A DNA stretch of 64,000 bases from Octopus sinensis (lineage: Eukaryota): contig NC_043012.1 in NCBI RefSeq assembly GCF_006345805.1, positions 15,252,001 through 15,316,000 on the forward strand. The letters are read 5' to 3'. The notes under the pieces were generated by a model. It was not told the DNA's origin. It searched no databases and saw only the letters and a program-made list of their open reading frames with translations. Positions 25,501-39,300 of the stretch are shown piece by piece (position 1 is the stretch's first letter; every line of letters begins with the position of its first letter). Both the position numbers and the translations under genes were made by a program.

Positions 25501-25707
25501 TTTCTCGATCTGCCATTCAAAGGGAAAAGATCCAAATATTCTTTTAAAAAACCTTTCATTTAATTTTACCAAAATTTGTTTTCCATACTTGTTGAAAAAG
25601 TCTCAATGACTGAAACTGGTACTAAAATGGTTTTTATGATAAAATTATTTTAGCATTTTCTACCTTGTCTTATTTTCCTTATCTATATACATACATACAT
25701 ACATACA

Positions 25708-25797
<90 letters not shown>

Positions 25798-28700
25798 CAT
25801 AAATATATACATACAGTTCTATATTTAAGAGAAGAGGAATTATGCACATTATTCACATTATTTACATTTGACAGATATTTGTTCTCATCTTATTTGTTGT
25901 TACCACAACCTTTCAGCTAATATATCCTCCAGCCTTCATCAGGTGTCTTGGGGAAATATTGAACATGGGTTCTCATTCCTAAGGTATTTTTCGATATTAT
26001 TATTACTACACTATCAGAGTGGTTGGTGTTAGGAAGGGCATCCAGCTGTAGAAACTCTGCCAGATCAAGATTGGAGCCTGGTGCAGCCATCTGGTTCGCC
26101 AGACCTCAGTCAAATTGTCCAACCCATGCTAGCATGGAAAGTGGACAGTAAACGACGATGATAATAATGATTATTATTATTCAGGTCACTGCCTGGAATT
26201 AAACTTGTAATCTTGGGGTTAGTAGTCCGTGCTCTTAACCACTACGCTATATGGCATAGTGGTTAAGAGCGCTGGCTACTAACCCCATATATAAAATATA
26301 TACATACATATATACATACATATATACATAAATATACATATATTGATAGCCACGCCTCTTTACCTTCACCTCCTTCTCCAAAAAAAATTTTTTTTTCTTT
26401 TTTCTCCCTTGCTTGGCAAACCCCAGAAAATTCTTTTTAAAAAGGCCAAGAAGTCTAAATGAGCAAAATTTTTTGATAAATGCGATAGCATAAAAAAGTG
26501 CTAAAAATGTAAATATGATGTAAATAAATAAAAGAATATACACAATCATTCAACATTCTGACACCCTTATTATTCTAAATATATATAATGGTCATTTTTT
26601 TTAGTTTCTGCTTGCCAAATCCACTCACAAGGCTTTGATTGGGCCGAGACCACAGTAGAACACTCTTGCTCAAGATGCCATGCAGTGGGACAGAACTCAA
26701 AACCATTTGGTGCGGAAGCAAACTTCTTATCACATAGCCACGCCTCACCCATTATTTACTTTTGAAATTAATTCAACAGAAATATATTAAGAAAAGAATG
26801 TTATCAGCCACAGCATACAGAATGATGTGTGTGTGTGTGTGTGTGTGTGTGGGTGCACATTTGTGTGTGAAAGCATGCTGCACATTTCCAGGCACTTTGG
26901 GATAGTATTTGAAGACTAAATACATATAGCAACTCGGTTGTATGGAAAACTATTCTTCTGGTAGAATTTGAATGAATCCTTGCAAATCAAAAAACACTAC
27001 CGGTCAATTGTATAGCGTTTCTGCTGTTTACAAAACACGGGGTAAAATTATTTGATGATAAAAATTCCCATGAGAAGAGATCCCTAGCAATGCTCTGTGA
27101 ATATGGCCACAGCATATATCAACAGTAACACATTTAAGGATTAACAAACTCGTTTATATTTACACTATGATTTCATGAGTTTGAATGTAATTGTCATCAG
27201 GTGTCTTGGAACCAAATATGATAATCCCAGACAGGAATTGAACTCAAAACTTTTATATCTTAATGAACTGAGCTACATGCACGGTGGTCAGACTAAATCC
27301 ATTCTAGATGCACTCTTTCTTACAAACAATTTAAAAGCAGAAAAAAAATACCAACATTGTTACCAAGCCAACTAGGGTGCCACTACAGGATCACAGAACT
27401 TGCTAGAAATAACAGCTAAATCTTCCTCAGCACACACACACTGCTAATTTCAAAAAAGGATGGACATATTGTATAATGCAAACCAGTGGCCGTTGCCAGT
27501 ACTACCTGACTGGCCCTCGTGCCGGTGGCACGTAAAAAGCACCCACTACACTCCCGGAGTGGTTGGCATTAGGAAGGGCATCCAGCTGTAGAAACTCTGC
27601 CAGATCAGATTGGAGCCTGGTGCAGCCATCTGGTTCGCCAGTCCTCAGACAAATCGTCCAACATGTGCTAGCAGGGAAAGCAGACGTTAAACGATGATGA
27701 TGATGATGAAAGCTTTAGAAATGCAATTGCTAACAATAATAAAAGTCTGTGGATTCATACATCATCAACCATTCTTGCTCTATAATGTATTACAAAACTA
27801 AAGAAGGGGAAAATATCAGATACTTTAGAAATGCTTAGTAAAATAAACAAATAAACGTTGTTTGATCCTGCTGTGTTATGCTTTACAGTATTATATTTTT
27901 AGAAATTGATGTGAAGTTTCATTACTTACAGACATTCGAGCTCCTGATGTTGATGGGTCAGAAAAACCTGCTGGTACACTGGCCGCAGCAAGAGCCGCAG
28001 CAAGCTGTGAAGCTGTTATACCCTGAATAGAGCTTCCGTCAAGCTAAATAAAAAGGAGAGAGGAACCACGGATTAAGAACCACAGATTTTCTTTTCTCTT
28101 TAGTAATGAAGGAATGAAGAGCAAAAATAATTTTGTTAAGATGCAATTCAGAGATAGATATTTAGCTAATAAAGTAAAAATCTAGCTTAGATCAATACTA
28201 TCAATACCAAATTTACTACTCTAGACAAGAATTTTATTACTTTTATGAATTTTATAACCCATTTTCCTTATTTTACTTGGGCCTGCAAGTTACTTGATGA
28301 ACTCAATATCAGCATCACAAACCAAAAACAATAAAAGCTTCTGTAAAGTGGTTGGTGTTAGGAAGGGCAGCCAGCAGCAGGAACCCTACCAAAGCTAACA
28401 TTGGGGCTTGATGCAGTTCTGTAGCTTATCAGATCCTCTCAAACAATCCCATCATTGCCAGCATCGAAAAATGGACATTAAATGATGATGGTGATGATGA
28501 GGATAATTTAGTCATAACACAAAGTCTAAAGGCTTTGATTATTCACTGGTGTATTGAGAAGTTGGCTTAGCAGAGTCCTTTCCTACCCACATTATCCTCA
28601 TAGTAAAATGTTGACTTGAGCAGTTAACAAAAACATTTGTGAATTTTAAGGTGCTTTTGATGTTTACAGTGTTATTTCTCTGGTTGAGCTTGCTTGAATT

Positions 28701-31700
28701 TGTCCAACTTGATCCCATTTTCTAGATCATCCACCACAACCCTGCATAGCAAGGCAACATTCAGGGTTGATACAGATCTGGTCAATGAAAGTTTGTTTCT
28801 ACTGGACTGACAATCTCTGTTGATCCATGTCAGACTGTTCATAGCATAGACCCACTAACGAGTTCTTGTCTAACTCTCCAGCAATGTCCTGCATTTTAAC
28901 ATTCGTGTGTTATACTTACTTGTAAGGGTGACTGTTCTTGGGTATGAAGTGGTGATGCAGATTCTTCATCATCTGACATTTGATCAAGAGAGTATGCAGC
29001 TGGAAGGAAAAAAAAAAAAAAAAAAAAAAGAATATACATTGAGTTATGTAAGAATATACATTAGTATGATCAGAGCAGAAATATATCAGCATGGCTAAAG
29101 AGCTTATCAGTAAATTAAAGACTGTTCTATTTGAGCTGAAAACCTAATAACATTACTTCTACAAAAGGTGGAGAGCTGGCAGAATTGTTAGCATGCTGGA
29201 CAAATTGCTTAGCAGCATTTTGTCTGTCTTTACGTTCTGAGTTCAAATTCTGCCACGGTCAACTTTGTCTTCCATCCTTTCGGAATCAATAATTGCTGGC
29301 CTTCTGCCAAACTTTGGAATCAATATTAGTTCTATACTTCCGAAATTTGAAAGTTTACATTGTATTTCAACAACTCTAAACTTCCCAACCAAATATTAAT
29401 TCCCAAATTTGAAACGAAGGAAAAGATACAGGCAACAAATTTATCCTTACATAGAATTTTAATTTCTTGAACTTGGATAGAAGACCAGCAAAGACTGTAA
29501 TATAATTTACTCTTTTACTTGTTTCAGTCGTTTGACTGTGGCCATGCTGGAGCACCGCCTTTAGTCGAGCAAATCGACCCCAGGACTTATTCTTTGTAAG
29601 CCTAGTACTTATTCTATCGGTCTCTTTGGCCGAACCACTAAGTTACGGGGACGCAAACACACCAGCATCGGTTGTCAAGCAATGTTGGAGGGACAAACAG
29701 ACACACAAACATATACACACATATATACGACGGGCTTCTTTCAGTTTCCATCTACCAAATCCACTCACAGGGCTTTGGTTGGCCTGAGGCTACAGTTGAA
29801 GACACTTGCCCTAGGTGCCACGCAGTGGGACTGAACCCGGAACCATGTGGTTCGTAAGCAAACTACTTACCACACAGCCACTCCTGCGCCTATAAATTTA
29901 GTTCAATATAACCTTAATACCAAGTAGAAAAGCACTCACCTGAAGACAAAAAGCTCTCCCCAGCCTTAGCTCCCTGTTCATTGACAGTGGCAGCTATCAA
30001 CTGGGCAACATGATAAAATGCAGGATGTTCATCGATTATTCTGAAAATTCAAATAAAAATACAATTTAATTAAGCATTTCAATGTAGAGTCTGAAGCATA
30101 GCAGAACAGTTACATATTTAGAAATGAGTAATACGTCATCTCCTCTCACTGCTACTCCAGGGGTTTTTACTCCTTGGAGTATACTGGTTTCATAACACTG
30201 CCTGCACTTTGCTACTCCTGACTCACACATCTGTCTTTCTCTCTCTCTCTCACTCATCTTGACACCTATATAGTATCTATCCACTCACTTCCAAGTCCTG
30301 CATTAACCCCCATACCCAGTCCTTCTTCCCCAGGATGTTGGTCCTCTGGAAACTAGTGAAGTAGATGTGGTTTTCCATTAACCACATCTACTTCACTATA
30401 TACATATATACATACACATCATATATATATAAAAGGCGGTGAGCTGGTAGAAACGTTAGCACGCCGGGTGAAATGCTTTGCGGTATTTCGTCTGCCATTA
30501 CGTTCTGAGTTCAAATTCCGCGGAGATCGACTTTGCCTTTCATCCTTTCGGGGTCGATAAATAAGTACCAGTTACGCACTGGGGTCGATGTAATCGGCTT
30601 AATCCCCTTGTTTGTCCCCTCTATGTTTAGCCCCTTGTGGGTAGTAAAGAAATTACATATATATATACATATATATATATTATATATTATATATATATAT
30701 ATATATGTATATTTCTTTACTACCCGTCCTGTCTCTCACTGTTATATATTTATTTTTCAACTGTTTATATATAATTTTTTTTTACTGTTTATATGTTTGT
30801 ACTGTCGTTACCGTCTTGCTTTTTTTACCATTTTTTACCCCTCTGCGAAAAGATCTCAGAATTTTAATTGATTTGCTTTTCGCAGGAAGGAAGTTTCTTC
30901 GAAGTATACGTCTCGCTTTTATCCTTCGAAACGTAGAGTAGATGAAACCTTAGCGACTGAAGAAGGGGATTTTTCGTTGTGCTTATTGTCCTGTATCTCT
31001 TTTTTTCTTTTTTGCTTCTCCTGTTCCTTGGTTTGTGTCTATGTTTTCGTTTCTCATTGTGTTCGACGTCTTTTTGGTGTCCTGTACACATATATGCGTG
31101 TATATGTATATGTAGAGGTAGGTACGTACATATATGTTTATATATATGCATATGTTCTATTTTATTAACATATTATACGACTAAACGCACGCACCCTATT
31201 TAGTAAGATTGTTCTGTTTATCAAGTTAGCCTTGATATTAACTCTCACGCGACTCTGCATCTTTCTTTCTTTCTCTCCCATTCCCTTTTTCGTCCTTTTT
31301 CCCTCACTTAACTTGTCTCTTCCTCTCTCTCTCATTCTTCATTCTCTCTCTCCCCCTCACCATTCTTCATGGTCTCCTCGCACCATTCCCCTTCTTCTCT
31401 CTCTTCCTCCTCCTCCCCCATTCCCGTCGTCCATCTGCGACGATACTTCCGTCGTAACTGCTATCCTGTCTTTTCTCGCCCGCCTTCTAAGGCCACTGGT
31501 CGACATTCCTTCTCTCTCGTCGTCCACTATAATCCAGCGTTTGCATTACTTTTTTCGTCTGGCGTAAACAGCCCTTCTTATCTTGTTCTCCTTGTCCTGT
31601 CTCTCACTGTTATATATTTATTTTTCAACTGTTTATATAATTTTTTTTTACTGTTATATGTTTGTACTGTCGTTACCGTCTTGCTTTCTTTACCATTTTT

Positions 31701-33259
31701 TACCCCTCTGCGAAAAGATCTCAGAATTTTAATTGATTTGCTTTTCGCAGGAAGGAAGTTTCTTCGAAGTATACGTCTCGCTTTTATCCTTCGAAACGTA
31801 GAGTAGATGAAACCTTAGCGACTGAAGAAGGGGATTTTCGTTGTGCTTATTGTCCTGTATCTCTTTTTTTCTTTTCCTGTTCCTTGGTTTGTGTCTATGT
31901 TTTTCGTCTCTCTATGTGTTCGACGTCTTTTTGGTGTCCTGTACACATATGCGTGTATATGTACATGTAGAAGTAGGTACGTACATATATCTCTCTCTAT
32001 ATAAACGGCATTTGTCTGTGCGTGTTTCTGTTGTCTTTTTGCTTGTACCCTCACCCTGACCACGGCTTTTCAACTGATTCTGATGAAACTTGACACACAC
32101 ATACCCAATGTCATAATTCAAAACTAACGCAGCGAAAATTTTGAAAAGTTCCCCCAGTTCTGAAAAAATCGATAAATTCGACATGGGGTCGAGAATCAGG
32201 AACACAAACCACAACTGTGTAGGGGACGCAACTCCACCTTTTGTAACTATCAAAAAAAAATTACCATCATTTTTTCCATTTTTTTGCTATTTTTGGCTAA
32301 CTCTCTAAAATGCTTTATAGTTATTTCCTTACAAACCTGAGCAACGCCGGGCGATACTGCTATTGTTTATATATATGCAATGTTCTATTTTATTAACATA
32401 TTAATACGACTAAACGCACGCACCCTATTTAGTAAGATTGTTCTGTTTATCAAGTTAGCCTTGATATTAACTCTCACGCGACTCTGCATCTTTCTTTCTT
32501 TCTCTCCCTTCCCTTTTTCGTCCTTTTTCCCTCACTTAACTTGTCTCTTCCTCTCTCTCTCATTTTCATTCTCTCTCTCCCCTCACAATTCTTCATGGTC
32601 TCCTCGCACCATTCCCTTCTCCTCTCTTCTCTTGCTCCTCCTCCCCCATTCCCGTTGTCCATCTGCGACGATACTTCCGTCGTAACTGCTATCCTGTCTT
32701 TTCTCGCCCGCCTTCTAAGGCCACTGGTCGACATTCCTTCTCTCTCGTCGTCCACTATAATCCAGCGTTTGCATTACTTTTTTCGTCTGGCGTAAACCCC
32801 TTCTTATCTTGTTCTCCTTGTCCTGTCTCTCACTGTTATATATTTATTTTTCAACTGTTTATATATAATTTTATTTTACTGTTTATATGTTTGTACTGTC
32901 GTTACCGTCTTGCTTTTTTTACCATTTTTACCCCTCTGCGAAAAGATCTCAGAATTTTAATTGATTTGCTTTTCGCAGAAGGGAAGTTTCTTCGAAGTAT
33001 ACGTTCGCTTTTATCCTTCGAAACGTAGAGTAGATGAAACCTTAGCGACTGAAGAAGGGGATTTTTCGTTGTGCTTATTGTCCTGTATCTCTTTTTTTCT
33101 TTTTTGCTTGTCCTGTTCCTTGGTTTGTGTCTATGTTTTTCGTCTCTCTATGTGTTCGACGTCTTTTTGGTGTCCTGTACACATATATGCGTGTATATGT
33201 ACATGTAGAGGTAGGTACGTACATATATGTTTATATATATGCATATGTTCTATTTTATT

Positions 33260-33302
<43 letters not shown>

Positions 33303-36300
33303 CTGAAGTTGTCTGCAGCTCTTACTGTGGCCAGTGTACCAGCAGGTTTTTCTGACCCATCAACATCAGGAGCTCGAATGTCTGTAAGTAATGAAACTTC
33401 ACATCAATTTCTAAAAATATAATAGTGTAAAGCACTTTTGGCAGTCCATAAAAAAGCGCCTGTGCAATACCACGTAAAAGTGTCTGTGTGGTGCCATGTA
33501 AAAGTACCCTGCACACTCTGTAAAGTGGTCAGCATTAGGAAGGGCATCCAGTAGTAGAAACCATGCCAAATCAGAGTGGAGTCTGGTGCAGCTCCTCAGC
33601 CTGCCAGCTCTGGTCAAACCATCCAACCCATGCCAGCATGGACAACAAAGATTAAACGATGATGATAATGATTTCAGAATTTAATATCACAAATAATATA
33701 AAAATTTGCTTACTGTCGAATTTGCTTTGTTTTATGCAGCTGGAGTAAGAGTTTCAAATCCTGGAACATTACTAAAAGACAATGTGAAAGAAAAGATGTT
33801 ATTCAATTACCCATTTATTGTGTGATGATGATGAAAATTTTAATTAAATGACAGGTGAGGTTGTTTTGTGAACCTGTCCAAATAAATCTATTCCACTACA
33901 GCATGGGAAAGCAAATAAATATGATGGTAGTGAATGCCATAAGGCGCAAATATTAGATTTATCAGGATAAGGCAAATGGAATTGCCTAAAAAAACCCCAA
34001 AAATCTCACAAGTCTTCAAAAAATTTGCATAGTCCAACAGTTCAGAGATCAGGAAGAATCTTGAAAGTTGCACATTTACACCATTACATAGAGTTCAATT
34101 GAACACCATATTTTCCAACATAAGTAGAATTTTCAGACCAAAATTGTGAAAAATATAAAAAAAAGAGGGGGATGGCTTTGGGCAGACCAAAATTCAATAT
34201 AAAATGCAGCAGAATTTGGAAAAATAGTAATGATGTTTGAATGCTTAAACCAAGCAACAGATTAAGTCTATCGCCCAGAATTCAGAACACAAAGAACCAG
34301 GAAAAAAAAAAAAAATCATGTGATGCCTTTAACAATTCTGCCAATCCACATTCTGGACTGGCACTTTATTTTACTAATCACCCTACCCACAAAAAAAAAA
34401 AAAAAATCTATCATTTCCTCACACATCCTTCTTCTCTTCTCTGTTGGCATCTCTATCTCTCATTACTAGCATGCATCTCTCTTGCTCTTCTCCATTACCT
34501 CAACCATCATTGCCTCTCCTCCATTACTCCTTTCTATCACAATATCACTGACACTGAGTCTCTTCCTTTTCTCTGCCACAACTCTATTATCCCTCCCATT
34601 AGCCAGGTTATTTCTATTCACTCTTTCAGCAATCCCAAAGATGCAATTTTTTTTAACAACACTGCCCCTCACACTCTTCTGTCATGCTTTCACACCTAAC
34701 AACCTGGCCCACCTTTATTACTCTCTTCTATCACTCTCCCATTCTGGTTGTCTCCCTTCTCCCTTCTCCTTTCTCCCTTCTCTCACTTTTACTCCTTGCT
34801 CTTATCATCCTGGCTCTCTTCTATCACTTCCTATTTCACTCAGCCATCTGTGAGGGAAAGAAAGGAATGAATAATGAGAGACACTGCAAAAAAGAAAGGA
34901 TCATTCAGTCTGTATTTAGTTGAGGACAGGACAACCTTGTTAGTGTTAATCATCATCATTATCATCATCGTTTAACGTCCGTTTTCCATGCTAGCAGGAG
35001 TTGGATGGTTCGACCGGGGTCTGGGAAACCAGGAGGCTGCACCAGGCTTCAGTCTGATCTGGCAGTGTTTCTACAGCTGGATGCCTTTCCTAATGCCAAC
35101 CACTCCATGAGTGTAGTGGGTGCTTTTTACGGCCACGATCGGTTGGTGCTTTTTATGTGCCACCAGCACTGGTATCACAACTACAATTTCCATTGATTTT
35201 TGGTCGATGAAGAAAAGGTAACAATGAAAGGTAGGGAGAACTCTTTAGTCTCAACAGAGACAAGACAACCTATTTGATTCCAATACTGCAATAAATGCAC
35301 TTAGGGAGACTCAGTGAAGTAATTAGCTAGAAGGGCATTTAGATACAGAAACCATGATCCAAATGGAATGTGGTTCCAGGTTCATTTAGGAGGAAAGTAA
35401 CTGAAAATAACAACTGATTCAAACTGTAACAATCAGTGCAACCCATATAGCCATAGTAGACGTATGATGGTATGACAATGTTTATTCGAGCGTGATCGTT
35501 GCTAGCATCACCTTACTGGCACCTGTGCCGGTGACATGTGTAAAAGATTCGAGCGAGGTCGTTGCCAGTACCACCTGACTGGTCCCATACCAGTGGCACA
35601 TAAAAGCACCCGCTACACTCTCGGAGTAGTTGGCGTTAGGAAGGGCATCCAGCTGTAGAAACTCTGCCAGATCAGACTGGAGCCTGGTGCAGCCATCTGG
35701 TTCACCAGCCCTCAGTCATACGACCAACCCATGCTAGCATGGAAAGCGGACGTTAAACGATGATGATGATGATGATGATGATGAAAAAGACTTAAGATAA
35801 GTAAAATAACTTACTTAAAACTGTCATATCATTGGCAAGACCAGGTGTAGTGAGGATTAGGTTTTCCACAGCATCAGAGTCCATCAACATATTTTCAACC
35901 TGTAAATTAATCCATATTTACAAATTACAACATAATTTCAAGGGAATTTTCTTGAAACCCTATTATTTGAATACATGTAAATGATATTTTATGTCAAACA
36001 TGATTACATTCTGTTGTTTCTTCTCTTTCCTTGTGCCATCAGGATGCTAAAAATTATTATATTACATTTACAAGGCACTCAAATAATAAGTTCAGTATTA
36101 TTATTATTATTGAGTGAGAGAGCAGTGCATGCCATCAAAGTGACACTGGGGTAAAATATACAAAGCCCAGTATACCCATCATGACTAGCCGTCTGATAAG
36201 GGTACACCAGGCACATGCATCACAACCATATGTGTGCAACATGGGGATCTCATATCAAGATAATCAGCACATGACCTTGCAGGTGGGGGCCCAGTTAGAA

Positions 36301-39300
36301 TTTTCTTCTGGTCGTGTAGCCCATCCAGCTCAAAAGGTCCCTGAATAAAGATTGTTTAAGGATGTTGAACGAAACACCCATGTTTCCAAACATGAATTAT
36401 CCAAACCTCCAAGATTTCCTTTCAACACATGGCTATGATGCTCCCCCACTACTTCTGCTCATGATCAGAGATGCAGATATCATCAGCCACTAAGGGACAT
36501 GGTCAACTGGTTAAGGTCAAGCAACTGACAAGCAAAAAGTAGTAAGCTGGCAGTATTATAAGCATGTCAGACACAATACTTAACAGCATTTCTTCTGGTT
36601 TTACAGATTGGTTTCAAATTCCACCGAATTTGACTTTGCCTTTCATCCTTTTGGGGTCAATAAGATAAGTACCAGTTGAGAACTAGAGTTGATGTAATTG
36701 ACTAGCTAAAATTTCAGGCCTTATGCCTATAGTAGAAAGATTTATTATTTTCATTATTATTAAACATTTTTTGACACTTTTAGGCAAGAGGCTTCTAGCT
36801 ATGTGGTTAACAATTTACCTTGTAACAATGCAATTCCAATTTTGATTCAATGGCTCAATAACCAGGACAAGCATCTTCTATGAATCTTCAAGTACAACTG
36901 TACCTTGTGAGTACAGTTTGGTAAAAGAAAACTGTGCGAAAGTCTGTCTTTTGATTATGGCCATACTGGTGCACCTCTTGAAGGGCTTGTTTTTAGTTGA
37001 GCAAATTAACCTGAGTTCTTATTTTTAAGTCTGGTACTTATTCAGTCACACTTTTGTGAAGGGGATGTAAACAAACCAACACTGGTTGTCAAGTGGTGAG
37101 GCAACCACAAACACAAATGCAGAGACACATACATATATATGATGAGCTTCCATGCAATTTCTGTTGATGACCAAATTCACTCACAAGGCATTGGTCAGCT
37201 AGAAGCTATTATAGAAGACACATGTCCAAGGTGCCACGCAGTGGGACTGAACCTGAAACCATGTGGTTGAGAAGCTATCTTCTAAACCACACTGCCATGC
37301 CTGCACCCAAGAAATGTATAGCTGTTGTTTTGAGCCTGCTTGGTGTGGGTAAGCTTTATAGTAAAGAGGAGAAACCAGGGTTTTTTTATCAATATACATA
37401 ATGTCTACAAAAACATGTTCAAAATTAAATCACTTACTGTTGTCCTGTAAGAAGGATTAAAAATTGCCATTCTGAAAGCTGTTAACACTTTGGCAATTTC
37501 TGTTTCATTTGGTTTTCCTAAAAGTAACAAATATAAATATAAATACATAATTTATTATATTGATAATAAAATTAATAATAATAATAAACTGGACATTGTT
37601 GTGAAAGACCGAACTGAAAATTATTTGAGAATGATCCCTGGCTTGCCATCCATACAAGAAGTGCAAAAGATTGTTTTAACTGGTACGTCACACGTATTAA
37701 GAAAAGCACTGTCATTGTAAGACTGGTTACTACATAACTTTATTTGATTTTGTGAATGAACAATCTGGTGTTTATTTTAATGGCCTATCAATGTATACAG
37801 TGTGTTTCTTTGTCCTAGGTGTCAGGAAGACACACAGCAAGAAATAGAAACAAAATTGAAAGACGAATAACTCATAATAATAATCCTTTCTACTGGAGGC
37901 ACAAAGCCTGAAATTTGAAGAAGGGCTGTTAGTCTAAACAATCAACCACAGGTACTTTACTAAAGTACCTGCACTTTATTTTCATCAACCATGAAAGAGT
38001 GAAAAGTAAAATTGTTTTAACAGGATTTGAACTCAGAAAGTTCAGAGCCAAATTCTGGAACAAGACCAACAATTTTGGGGGTGGCAGTAAGTCAATTACA
38101 TTGACACTGGTGTCCAACAGGTACTTATTTTATCAACTCCCAAAAGGATGAAAGGCAAAGCCAACCTTGGTGGAATTTGAACTCAGAATGTGGAAACAGA
38201 GGAAATGCTGCCAAGCACTTTGCCTGGTATGCTAATGATTCTGCCATTGTGCCACCAAAATAAAGTATTTTCTCTGACACTGTAACAACTCTGCTAAATA
38301 ATATATATAAAATACTGATATGATGCAATTGTTTATATGATTTTAAATTACACCATCTTATGTACGTTCCATCAACATATACTCTCTTTACTCTTTTACT
38401 TGTTTCAGTCATTTGACTGTGGCCATGCTGGAGCACCGCCTTTAGCTGAATAAATTGACCCCAAGACTTATTCTTTGTAAGCCTGGTACTTATTCTATCA
38501 GTCTCTTATGCCGAACTGCTAAGTTATGGAGACGTAAACACACTAGCATCGGTTGTCAAGCGATGCTGGGGGGGACAAACACAGACACACAAACGTATAC
38601 ACACACACATACATACATATATATATATATATACACACACATATATACGATGGGCTTCTTTCAGTTTCCGTCTACCAAATCCACTCACAAGGCTTTGGTC
38701 GGCCTGAGGCTATAGTAGAAGACATTTGCCCAAGGTGCCACGCAGTGGGACTGAACCCGGAACCATGTGGTTTGTAAGCAAGCTACTTACCATGCAGCCA
38801 CTCCTATGCCTATATAGTAATTATTGGGTATGTAATACTAAATTATGCAATCCGCATTTGTTGTCAAACCATTAGAGACCTGTAATTATTAAGCATAATT
38901 GTTGGAGCGAACATCTGACGGTAGTAGGAGCCATCAAAGATATGACTCATGATTGCAGCAAATAGATTGTGGAAGGACACTACATATTTGTCAAAGAAAA
39001 AAAGGGACACATTTTTATATAGAACAGTCCACGCTGAAGCAGACATGAGAAAGAGTGTTATCAAAGTCTATGAAATATATGTGATTGTTGCCTTAGTGTC
39101 TGCTTTATTGTTTCTTCCTGACTACTGCTGTTTTATTGTGATGTATAAATATATTTTCTCTGAAACAAAAAAACAAAAAAAAAAATAATGAAAAAAAGTC
39201 TTAGGATCTTTTCGGTTTGAACAGCAGTTTTTAAAAATAATTTCCACGTTACTAAACACTTTTAAACTTCGTATACTGGTAGAATGTGTTTATAAAGCAT

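Noticed and set aside
30354-30398. 19-bp-arm hairpin (also an 11-bp-arm hairpin at 20701-20732)
   Set aside because: Short fold-back duplications at repeat or microsatellite edges with no further support for function.
32961-33422. 153-aa ORF ending in SAALTVASVPAGFSDPSTSGARMS as a separate gene
   Set aside because: Chimera of tandem-repeat sequence, (TA)n and the duplicated UBL7 exon-8 fragment; no acceptor or other exons.
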